Assembly (NCBI GenBank): GCA_041639335.1
Contig: JBEQCK010000005.1
Location: 1 to 44,964 of the forward strand
Reading direction: 5' to 3'
From: Novosphingobium sp.
Lineage (GTDB): Bacteria; Pseudomonadota; Alphaproteobacteria; Sphingomonadales; Sphingomonadaceae
Length of the DNA: 44,964 nucleotides
A model generated the notes under the pieces. It did no database searches and was not told the origin of the DNA. It saw only the letters and a list, made by a program, of their open reading frames with translations. This document shows, one piece after another, positions 37,567 through 44,964 of this stretch. The position numbers and the translations under genes are program-made. Positions within the stretch are counted from its first letter, which is position 1. Every line of letters starts with the position of its first letter.

Positions 37567-38955
37567 ATGGATATCGCAACCAAGACCGTCACTCCCGAAG
37601 AGGCCTCTGCCATCCTCGAGATTTCAGAATCACATTTTATTGACCTAAAGAGCGCCAAAATCAGTGCTGGGAAGCTAACGAAGACTGTGTCAGCATTTGC
37701 CAATACCAGTGGTGGCGAGATTTATGTTGGCATAGATGAAATTGTCGGCTCTGACGGAAAAGAGCGTGTCTGGAGCGGCTTTTCAGACGAAGAAGCTGCA
37801 AATTCCATTTTTCAGGTGACCGAAGATATCGATCCTTTGGGCGGAAATATCCTTGCACAATTTCTCAAATGCGATGGCCTTCCGGGACTCGTTCTGCTGA
37901 TAACAGTCTTCAAATCCCAGACTGTGATTTTGGCAACCGATGGCAAAGCTTACATCCGTAGAAGTGCTCAAAGCCTTCCCCTAAGCGAACAAGCTCTCGA
38001 ACGCCTCAAGTACGACAAGGGTGTAAAATCCTTTGAGGATGAATTAGTCGATGTTCCGGAAGTGGAACTTTCTAATTCGGAAACCGTTATTGATTTTTTG
38101 CTTGGAGTAGTTCCAACTGCAGAGCCATCTAATTGGTTAGAGAAACAGCGTGTAATCATCGGAGGGCGCCCGACGGTCGCTGGAGTACTGTTGTTCACGG
38201 ACAATCCGCAAACCGCTCTGCCAAAACGTTCAGCTATAAAGATCTTACGGTACCAAACGAAAAAGGATGCGGAACGCGACTTTTTAGCGATGGACCCCGA
38301 AACGATCGAAGGACCGCTCTACAACTTGATCTACGATGCAGTTGAGCGTTGCAAAAATATTATCGAGTCGATCGAAAGAACTGGTCAGTCAGGATTAGAG
38401 AAAATATCTTATCCGCAAGAGGCCTTACATGAAATTCTGACTAACGCGGTTCTTCACAGAGATTATAGCGTTGCAGCAGATGTGCAAGTACGTATTTTTG
38501 ACAACCGTGTAGAAATTGAAAGCCCAGGAAGACTTCCCGGACATGTCACAATAGAAAACATAAAAAGAACACAGTTCGCTCGGAATCCAAAAATTGTCAG
38601 GCTTATAAACAAGTTCAAGAATCCCCCCAATAAGGACGTTGGAGAAGGTATTAACACTGCATTCGAAGCAATGGAAAAGCTTCGCCTGAAAAGTCCTTCA
38701 TTTTTTGAGAATGAGGGATCACTAGTTGTCACCCTTCGACATGAAAGCCTCGCCTCACCCGAGCAAATGGTCATGGAATTTCTTTCCACAGAGGCTGAGA
38801 TCACGAACGCTATTGCTAGAGATCTGACCGGTATAAAATCCGAAAACTCCATGAAGCAAGTGTTTTACAAGCTGCGGGATGCTGGCCAACTTGAACAAAC
38901 TCCTAAGGTGAAGGGCAAGAAGCCTTCGTGGCGAAAAGCAAAGCAATCTGCCTAA
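37567..38955 (+). CDS. Schlafen/AlbA_2 domain + HATPase_c_4-like domain + wHTH protein
   Basis: ESHFIDLK, SAFANTSGGEIYVGIDE, YIRR; YPQEALHEILTNAVLHRDY, IESPG, RNPKI, GEGI; C-terminal ITN-x-IAR-x-LTG; AT-rich. Confidence 0.85.
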   Translation: MDIATKTVTPEEASAILEISESHFIDLKSAKISAGKLTKTVSAFANTSGGEIYVGIDEIVGSDGKERVWSGFSDEEAANSIFQVTEDIDPLGGNILAQFLKCDGLPGLVLLITVFKSQTVILATDGKAYIRRSAQSLPLSEQALERLKYDKGVKSFEDELVDVPEVELSNSETVIDFLLGVVPTAEPSNWLEKQRVIIGGRPTVAGVLLFTDNPQTALPKRSAIKILRYQTKKDAERDFLAMDPETIEGPLYNLIYDAVERCKNIIESIERTGQSGLEKISYPQEALHEILTNAVLHRDYSVAADVQVRIFDNRVEIESPGRLPGHVTIENIKRTQFARNPKIVRLINKFKNPPNKDVGEGINTAFEAMEKLRLKSPSFFENEGSLVVTLRHESLASPEQMVMEFLSTEAEITNAIARDLTGIKSENSMKQVFYKLRDAGQLEQTPKVKGKKPSWRKAKQSA

Positions 38956-39033
38956 GCGCCAAACGGAGGGATCTACGGCCCACAAATCCGCCGCATCAGA
39001 TTTGCTAAAAAGGCTTACCCACCACCCAAGCCT

Positions 39034-39080
39034 GCCCTAGACACGACCCATTTGGGCGGCTGGTACAGGCGAAGGGCACT
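39034..39080 (+). repeat. Direct repeat copy 1 (pairs with 39878-39924)
   Basis: GCCCTAGACACGACCCATTTGGGCGGCT...GGCACT; 25/28 identity in the core, colinear over 47 bp. Confidence 0.8.
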
Positions 39081-39192
39081 CTCGCCTTAAGCCTCACATG
39101 AGACCAGCCGGCCGCCATCTGCGCATTATACAACCGGCTAGCAAGATTTTCCCTTATGCGGCAATGTTCTAGCTCTCCCCGAGGAGCAGTCC

Positions 39193-39426
39193 ATGGCCAC
39201 GATCGAAACAGCCAATCTGACCGACGAAGAGCTTGCAGATTACGACTTCATGCTTCTGCGCACCTTGGCCAGTCGACAGCGTATCTCGGCATTGGCTATC
39301 CTGATTTGGAATGACGTCCTCGTTGAGCTCGGCAGGCGTGGCCTAGCCGAAGCACTGGAGGGGAGCCTGGAGGACGTCACGACGGCACGAATCAGGCGCT
39401 CCTACCGGCTGCCGAGCCTGCGGTAG
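39193..39426 (+). CDS. Hypothetical 77-aa protein
   Basis: Strong GAGGAG RBS and ATG; no recognisable motif. Confidence 0.6.
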   Translation: MATIETANLTDEELADYDFMLLRTLASRQRISALAILIWNDVLVELGRRGLAEALEGSLEDVTTARIRRSYRLPSLR

Positions 39427-39548
39427 CAGCATCGCCTCAATTCCGTAGGATTTCAGCCCCGCGCTCATCTCCGTTGACGACGATGTACGGGCAGAGGATA
39501 ACTTGTGTCAGCATCTGGATCCGCCCTGTCCGACTGGTAAGCTGCGCT

Positions 39549-39866
39549 ATGACTCAACCAACCGCACACGATCTTTACGGCTGGCTCGTTCAGGTGATTG
39601 ATCGAGCAGTCGAGGCGAAGGACATCTTCTCAGTCACAAAGGCCGCTGAAGCTTTCGGCATGAGTGGCGGTGAGGAAGATTATGGCGGTTTTGGTCAGAG
39701 ATGGAACTACAGCTTCACCGATTCAAACGGCAGAGTGGTTTCCGTTCATGCTAGATGGTGGGATCAGTCAAAGGCATTCTCCATCCAGCCGGACAGGCAC
39801 GTCATGAGTGTAGAGCTGTTGGGCGGTGACACCGCTCTGTCTCACAGCGGAAATTACGAACAGTAG
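39549..39866 (+). CDS. Hypothetical 105-aa protein
   Basis: ATG 39549, globular-looking composition; no recognisable motif. Confidence 0.55.
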   Translation: MTQPTAHDLYGWLVQVIDRAVEAKDIFSVTKAAEAFGMSGGEEDYGGFGQRWNYSFTDSNGRVVSVHARWWDQSKAFSIQPDRHVMSVELLGGDTALSHSGNYEQ

Positions 39867-39877
39867 GAAGCACGCTC

Positions 39878-39924
39878 GCCCCAGACACGACCCATTTTAG
39901 CGGCTCACTAATGCCAAAGGCACT
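39878..39924 (+). repeat. Direct repeat copy 2 (pairs with 39034-39080)
   Basis: GCCCCAGACACGACCCATTTTAGCGGCT...GGCACT. Confidence 0.8.
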
Positions 39925-40086
39925 TAGCCCTGATTGACCCACTGACGACCAGCCGAAAGCCCTTCCAAGTCGATGAATCGCAACGACAAAGGCAAAGCAC
40001 TTCCGGGTCGGGCGTGGGTCAGGTCGAGTTTCCGCCCTTTCAGCAGGCAAAATCAGCCCTCCAAGGCTAACGGCCTTTAGTAGGAA

Positions 40087-40168
40087 GCCGATGATTTTCC
40101 TTGGGAAAGCACCTTAGAGAAGGTGGTGCCGCTTACGTGACTCGAACACGTGACCCCATCATTACGAA
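40087..40168. repeat. Right att direct repeat, overlapping the tRNA 3' half
   Basis: 82 bp, one mismatch to 27406-27487. Confidence 0.95.
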
Positions 40169-40199
40169 TGATGTGCTCTACCAACTGAGCTAAAGCGGC
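40124..40199 (-). tRNA. tRNA-Thr (anticodon CGT)
   Basis: GCCGCTTTAGCTCAGTTGGTAGAGCACATCATTCGTAATGATGGGGTCACGTGTTCGAGTCACGTAAGCGGCACCA; 76 nt cloverleaf with encoded CCA. Confidence 0.98.
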
Positions 40200-40275
40200 G
40201 TGCCTCTTGGGCAGGGGCGCCGTTTAGCCAGCACCTGGGTGCTAGGCAACCCTTTTTCGCCGGTGCCGGATCAAT

Positions 40276-41556
40276 TCAAGTTGCCCGGTCGGCGCTCCAT
40301 TCGCTGACAGCCGCAACCATGGCATTGGCGATGTGCGCAACATCCTCCTCATTGGCTACGAGCGGGGGCGTGGTGTACAAGATGTCGCGGAACGGACGAA
40401 GCCAGACACCGCTTGAACTGCAGCTGGCGGACAGGCGATCGGCGGGCGCAGGACAATCCAGCTGGATCACGCCAATGGCGCCACGCACACGCACGTCCCT
40501 CACCCCGGGCAAAGCGCGGGCAGGTTCGAGCAAGGTCTGGAGTTGCCGACCGATCGCAGTGGCTTGGGCCAGACGCGGCTCCTGTTCGAAAAGATCAAGC
40601 GAGGCATTGGCCGCAGCGCAACCCAGGGCATTGCCCATGTAGGTCGGCCCATGCATCAGCGCATGCATCGGATCGTCGGACAGGAAGCCTTCGTGAATGC
40701 GCCGACTGGCAATCGTTGCTGCAAGTGGCAGTGTCCCTCCAGTCAGGGCCTTCGACAACGTTACAATGTCGGGCTGCACGCCCGCAATCTCACAGGCAAA
40801 CATCGCATCGCCGAGCCGCCCGAGCCCCACGAAGATCTCGTCGAAGATCAGCAGGAGTTCGTGCGCATCGGCAAGGCGACGCAGCGCCTGCAACGTAAAC
40901 GGATCGTGAAAGACCATGCCGCCCGCGCCCTGCACCAAGGGCTCGACAACAATGCCGGCGAGATCCTTGCCATGACGGTCGAGCAGTTCGCCAAGCGCAG
41001 CCTCTTCCGCAGCATTGGTAGGAAGGTTGACCACGATCTGATCGAGCAATGCCCCCTTGAACAGGCTGTGCATGCCTTCATCCGGATCGCAAACGCTCAT
41101 CGTCGCAAAAGTGTCGCCGTGATAGCCGCCTTTGAAGCAGAGGAACTTCACTCGGCGCCGTCCGCGATTGAGCCAATATTGCGAAGCCATCTTCATTGCG
41201 ACTTCGACTGCGACCGAGCCGGAATCGCTGAAGAAGACGTGGTCCAGATCGCCGGGCAGCAATGCAGCGAGCCGTCGCGCGAGGGTATAGGCCTGCTCGT
41301 GGGCCAGACCGCCGAGCATGACGTGGGGCAGCGTCTCGAGCTGGCGACGCACCGCTTCTTCGATGTGCGGATGGCGGTAGCCATGGACGCAGGCCCACCA
41401 GCTGGAAATGCCGTCTATCAGCTCGCTTCCGTCAGAGAGGCGAAGTCGAGTACCAGCCGCCGAAACCACCGGAAGCGGCGCTCTGGCCGTCTGCATCTGG
41501 GTGTACGGGAGCCACACATGCTTCCGACCCGTGTCGAACCAGTCTGGGGCGGTCAT
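40276..41556 (-). CDS. bioA: Adenosylmethionine--8-amino-7-oxononanoate transaminase
   Basis: VWLPYTQM, DGISSWW, SGSVAVEVAMKM, GYHGDT, EPLVQGAGGM, DEI, SKALTGG, HGPTYMGN, LRPF. Confidence 0.95.
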   Translation of the reverse strand: MTAPDWFDTGRKHVWLPYTQMQTARAPLPVVSAAGTRLRLSDGSELIDGISSWWACVHGYRHPHIEEAVRRQLETLPHVMLGGLAHEQAYTLARRLAALLPGDLDHVFFSDSGSVAVEVAMKMASQYWLNRGRRRVKFLCFKGGYHGDTFATMSVCDPDEGMHSLFKGALLDQIVVNLPTNAAEEAALGELLDRHGKDLAGIVVEPLVQGAGGMVFHDPFTLQALRRLADAHELLLIFDEIFVGLGRLGDAMFACEIAGVQPDIVTLSKALTGGTLPLAATIASRRIHEGFLSDDPMHALMHGPTYMGNALGCAAANASLDLFEQEPRLAQATAIGRQLQTLLEPARALPGVRDVRVRGAIGVIQLDCPAPADRLSASCSSSGVWLRPFRDILYTTPPLVANEEDVAHIANAMVAAVSEWSADRAT

Positions 41557-42116
41557 GTGACTGTCCTTGTCCTCTTGAATCTGTGCTGAGGGGCCGCTCG
41601 GAAGGGCCACCGTCCGATCGCTTCCCATGGCCCGCCCAGATAACGGTGCAGCGCCAGTCCGGCAAAGGCAAAGCGGGACGGCTCGAAATTGCTTGTCAGC
41701 AGCTTTTGCAATGCGCGCGCTTCGCCTTGCGAGACCTTGTTCTGGACGGTCACATGGAGACGGGGGCGATGGCTGTCCTGCGATGTCAGCATTCCGTGGA
41801 AGTGGTCGGCAATCGCATCGCGCAAGGCGATCATTGCGGAGCTTTCGATCAGGAACGCGGTGCCCGTGCCCAGATCCATGACATGCCGCAACTGCGCATC
41901 GATCGGCGGCGTGCTGCTTGCCATCCAGGACAGCAGATCGCGCGCCTCCGCCTCAACCTGCGGGGGCAGGGAATGGAACAACGTGACGTGCGCTGCGATC
42001 CAGTTGCGCTCTGCGGGAAAGTGGGCGCGGCGCAGGCGGTCGAACCGGGCCTGCAAGTCTGGCGGCAGGGCAGCTGTCACCACCAGCGGAGCTGTTCGGG
42101 AAGAAGGCGAGACCAC
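41553..42116 (-). CDS. 2H phosphoesterase (2'-5' RNA ligase family)
   Basis: Two HxT motifs (AHVTLF, LHVTVQ). Confidence 0.82.
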   Translation of the reverse strand: MVSPSSRTAPLVVTAALPPDLQARFDRLRRAHFPAERNWIAAHVTLFHSLPPQVEAEARDLLSWMASSTPPIDAQLRHVMDLGTGTAFLIESSAMIALRDAIADHFHGMLTSQDSHRPRLHVTVQNKVSQGEARALQKLLTSNFEPSRFAFAGLALHRYLGGPWEAIGRWPFRAAPQHRFKRTRTVT

Positions 42117-42344
42117 GTCGCCTGCCTGAGCAGCATTCGCAGCGATTTCAAGTGAAATGGAGAAGTGGGAACATTCGGCAAAGTCGAAACTGCGGCATGC
42201 GTCCGCTGCCCGGCACAGCCGGAATGTTCCCTGGATACTGGAGAAGCAAGCTCCTCCCGTGCCTCCGGTGTGTACACCTAAGCGATGTTACTTAAGAATG
42301 GAAGAACCCATGACTAACGCAAATCCTGCCGGAATGGCGCGGTA

Positions 42345-43322
42345 TCACAGGTCGCCACGTGCCTTCCGCAGGGCGAACCATTTGGCAACATTGGCATTAT
42401 GCTGTTGCAAGGTGTCTGCGAAGACGTGACCACCGGTCCCATCGGCAACCATGAATAAAGCATCCGTTTCGGCAGGATCCAGCACCGCAGCGATCGAATC
42501 GCGCCCAGGATTGGTAATTGGTCCCTTTGGCAGGCCTACCATCGTGTAGGTGTTGTACCCGTTCACGGCCTGGATTTCGGATTGGCGAATGCGCCGGCCG
42601 AGCGGCTTGCCCTTCGTGATCGGGTAAATGATCGTCGGATCGGCCTGCAGCAGCATACCCTTGCGCAGGCGGTTGGAGTAGAGCCCGGCAACCATGCGAC
42701 GCTCATCAGGCTTGCCGGTTTCCTTCTCGACGATCGAGGCGAGAATCAGGGCTTCCTGCGGCGTCTTGGCGACAGTCCGTGCAGTGCGCTTGGCCCAAAG
42801 CTCGGCCAGCGTCTTGTCCATTGCTGCCTGCATCCGCTTGAGCACGGCGGCGCGTGGTTCGCCCTTCTGCCAATCGTAGCTGTCCGGCAGGACCGAGCCT
42901 TCCTCGGGAGCGGAAATCTCGCCGGTCAGGTCCTTGTTGGCCGACAGGCGCTCTGCCACGAGAATCGACGGCATGCCTTCTGGAACGGTGATCAGGCGGC
43001 GGATGACCTTGTCACCCTTGAGGATTTCGAGAACCGTCGCTTCGCTGGCGCGCTTGGGGATCAGAAAAGAACCCGCCTTGATCTCAGTGCCGCCGCCGAG
43101 CAGCTTTGCGCGCAACTTGAACAGCGAGGCCGAACCGATCGCGCCCTGCTCCTGCAGATCGTCCGCCAGAGCACTCAGTCCCTCGCCTTCACCGACGTCG
43201 AATTCGATCTGCTGTTCCAAAGGTCCGGAAGCATACCAGCCCCCGACGATCCAGCCGGCCAGAGCGAGCAAGACAGCGGCTGCCGCAAGCAGCGGCAGCC
43301 GGGATCGACTACGGCGGGCCAT
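42345..43322 (-). CDS. mltG: Endolytic transglycosylase MltG
   Basis: N-terminal TM, TVPEG, EG-x2-LPDSY, LASIVEKET, NRL-x2-GM-x-LQADPT, YNTY, GLPKGPI-x-NPG. Confidence 0.96.
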   Translation of the reverse strand: MARRSRSRLPLLAAAAVLLALAGWIVGGWYASGPLEQQIEFDVGEGEGLSALADDLQEQGAIGSASLFKLRAKLLGGGTEIKAGSFLIPKRASEATVLEILKGDKVIRRLITVPEGMPSILVAERLSANKDLTGEISAPEEGSVLPDSYDWQKGEPRAAVLKRMQAAMDKTLAELWAKRTARTVAKTPQEALILASIVEKETGKPDERRMVAGLYSNRLRKGMLLQADPTIIYPITKGKPLGRRIRQSEIQAVNGYNTYTMVGLPKGPITNPGRDSIAAVLDPAETDALFMVADGTGGHVFADTLQQHNANVAKWFALRKARGDL

Positions 43323-43333
43323 CGCTTGCGTCC

Positions 43334-44596
43334 TTAGTCTTCGATCGCCTTGACGATCACGCTGGCATTGGTGCCGCCAAAGCCGAACGAGTTGTTCAGC
43401 GCCGCACGCACCTTGCGCGGACGGGCCTTGAGCGGCACGAGATCGACGCCCTCGGTGCCTTCGTCAGGGTTGTGCAGGTTGAGCGTCGGCGGCACGATCT
43501 GGTCGCGGATGGCGAGGATGCAGAAGATCGTCTCGACCGCGCCGGCACCGCCGAGCAGGTGGCCGATTGCCGACTTCGTGCTGCTCATCGAAGCACCCGC
43601 GAGATCGTCACCCAGCACGCGCTTGACTGCGGCCAGTTCGATGGTGTCGGCCATTGTCGAGGTGCCGTGGGCGTTGACGTAGTCGATGTCGCCCGGCTCC
43701 ATGCCCGCCTTGCGCATAGCCATGCGCATGGCGAGTTCGGCGCCCTTGCCTTCAGGGTGCGGCGCAGTGACGTGATAGGCATCGCCCGACAGGCCGTAAC
43801 CGACGACTTCAGCGTAGATCTTTGCACCGCGTGCCTTGGCGTGTTCATACTCTTCAAGCACGACAACGCCGGCGCCCTCGCCCATGACAAAGCCATCGCG
43901 GTCCTTGTCGTAAGGACGGCTCGCCTCTTCCGGGCGGTCATTGTAGCTGCAGTTCAGTGCGCGGGCCTGCGCGAAGCCGGCGACGCCCAGCGGGTTGATG
44001 GTGCTTTCGGCACCGCCTGCCAGCATCACGTCGGCATCGCCGTCCTTAATCATGCGTGCAGCATCACCGATCGAATGCGCACCGGTCGAGCAGGCCGTCA
44101 CAACTGCGTGGTTCGGGCCCATCAGGCCGTACTTGATCGAGACCTGACCCGAGATCAGGTTGATCAGGCGGCCGTGGACGAAGTGCGGAGAAACGCGTCC
44201 CGGGCCCTTTTCGTGCAGGACAATCGATTCGCTCTCGATGCCGGGAAGGCCGCCGATGCCCGAGCCGATCGAGCAACCGGTGCGCATCTTGAGGTCGTCG
44301 TCCATGTCGGCAAGGCCGGCGTCTTCCAGCGCCTGTCCAGCGGCATCGATGCCGAAGACGATGAAGGGATCGACCTGACGCTGGATCTTGTGATCGACGC
44401 GCTTTCCGGCGTCAAAGCCGTACTCATGGTCGGCCGGCTTCACCTCGCAGGCGATCTTGCACTTCTGGTCGCTGGTATCGAACTTCGTGATCAACCCTGC
44501 CCCGCTCTTGCCGGCGAGCAGGTTCTTCCACACGGTTTCCACGTCTGCACCCAGCGGGGTGACGAGGCCAAGTCCGGTTACGACGACACGACGCAT
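43334..44596 (-). CDS. fabF: 3-oxoacyl-ACP synthase II
   Basis: RRVVVTGLG, TACSTG, NAHGTST, KSAIGHLLG, NSFGFGGTN. Confidence 0.98.
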   Translation of the reverse strand: MRRVVVTGLGLVTPLGADVETVWKNLLAGKSGAGLITKFDTSDQKCKIACEVKPADHEYGFDAGKRVDHKIQRQVDPFIVFGIDAAGQALEDAGLADMDDDLKMRTGCSIGSGIGGLPGIESESIVLHEKGPGRVSPHFVHGRLINLISGQVSIKYGLMGPNHAVVTACSTGAHSIGDAARMIKDGDADVMLAGGAESTINPLGVAGFAQARALNCSYNDRPEEASRPYDKDRDGFVMGEGAGVVVLEEYEHAKARGAKIYAEVVGYGLSGDAYHVTAPHPEGKGAELAMRMAMRKAGMEPGDIDYVNAHGTSTMADTIELAAVKRVLGDDLAGASMSSTKSAIGHLLGGAGAVETIFCILAIRDQIVPPTLNLHNPDEGTEGVDLVPLKARPRKVRAALNNSFGFGGTNASVIVKAIED

Positions 44597-44621
44597 TGAA
44601 TTCTCCGGAAAATAAGCAAAC

Positions 44622-44652
44622 AGGCCCAGCCCCCTGAATTAGGGCTGAGCCT
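44622..44652 (-). terminator. Stem-loop between acpP and fabF (terminator or mRNA stabiliser)
   Basis: Minus strand AGGCTCAGCCC...GGGCTGGGCCT followed by GTTTGCTTATTTT. Confidence 0.55.
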
Positions 44653-44731
44653 GCCGAAGTCCTCCCCTGCCCGACATCGAGTGCCTTGGCAGCCCTTCGA
44701 CACGCTCAGGGCAATAGGGGGATGTGGGCGA

Positions 44732-44964
44732 TCAGCCCTTGTTTTCGTCGATGTACTTGATCGCGTCCGAAACGGTCGAGATCTTCTCGGCCGCATCGTC
44801 GGGGATCTCGACGCCGAATTCTTCTTCGAACGCCATCACCAGCTCAACGATGTCGAGCGAGTCAGCGCCCAGATCGTCGATGAAGCTGGCTTCTTCGGTG
44901 ACCTTGTCAGCCTCGACGCCGAGGTGCTCGACAACGATCTTCTTAACGCGGTCGGCGGTATCGC
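44732..44964 (-). CDS. acpP: Acyl carrier protein (5' end outside the window)
   Basis: Read by hand: [16 protein letters not shown]...[20 protein letters not shown]...IKYIDENKG; upstream of fabF. Confidence 0.97.
   Translation of the reverse strand, partial: DTADRVKKIVVEHLGVEADKVTEEASFIDDLGADSLDIVELVMAFEEEFGVEIPDDAAEKISTVSDAIKYIDENKG

Larger units (their letters stand above)
27406..40168. mobile_element. Integrative element (genomic island) inserted at tRNA-Thr(CGT)
   Basis: 82-bp flanking direct repeats, tyrosine integrase, replication-type ATPase, visibly more AT-rich cargo genes. Confidence 0.93.

Noticed and set aside
37037-37579. N-terminal 181 aa of the 330-aa ORF 36587-37579
   Set aside because: Antisense to the XRE gene; the RBS and CxxC start point to ATG 37036
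37205-38955. Restriction-modification system suggested by the C-protein-like gene
   Set aside because: No methyltransferase motifs or recognisable restriction endonuclease; no clear C-box
27633-38993. CAAATCCGCCG at 27633 and 38983
   Set aside because: 11-bp match in inconsistent position relative to the other end motifs; may be chance
39034-39924. Integron attC sites
   Set aside because: No RYYYAAC...GTTRRRY palindromic ends, and the integrase has an arm-binding N-domain rather than IntI features
27406-40168. Prophage or conjugative ICE
   Set aside because: No structural, lysis, terminase, relaxase or T4SS genes recognised

Overview
GC-rich alphaproteobacterial chromosome segment; gene content and order suggest Sphingomonadaceae (Novosphingobium-like), which is an inference. 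The core backbone is an oxidoreductase and amidohydrolase, tatCBA, scpBA, nagZ, a SPOR protein, argS, ispH-thrB-rnhA, then tRNA-Thr(CGT), bioA, a 2H phosphoesterase, mltG, fabF and acpP. Three accessory blocks interrupt it. (1) A divergent TetR/Rieske-oxygenase pair with a palindromic operator sits inside the argS-SPOR-nagZ-scp-tat cluster. (2) A ~12 kb locus encodes a TonB-dependent receptor, MFS transporter, TetR, shikimate dehydrogenase, QuiC-type dehydratase and four exported proteins (two esterases, a paraoxonase-like protein, a DUF3237-like protein), with three copies of a shared operator; it looks like a utilisation system for shikimate/quinate esters. (3) A ~12.7 kb integrative element at tRNA-Thr(CGT) is bounded by an 82-bp direct repeat. 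It has an internal tyrosine integrase, a degenerate PrimPol-helicase-wHTH protein, a LysR-HTH-only regulator, a paralogous pair of unknown genes with matching leaders, a GAF-PAS-GGDEF-EAL protein, an XRE regulator next to a Schlafen/AlbA_2 gene, and an 11-bp-period motif at both ends that is duplicated around two small ORFs. All product calls come from motifs read by eye; no database search was run. Start codons were adjusted by hand where an RBS or family N-terminus was evident.
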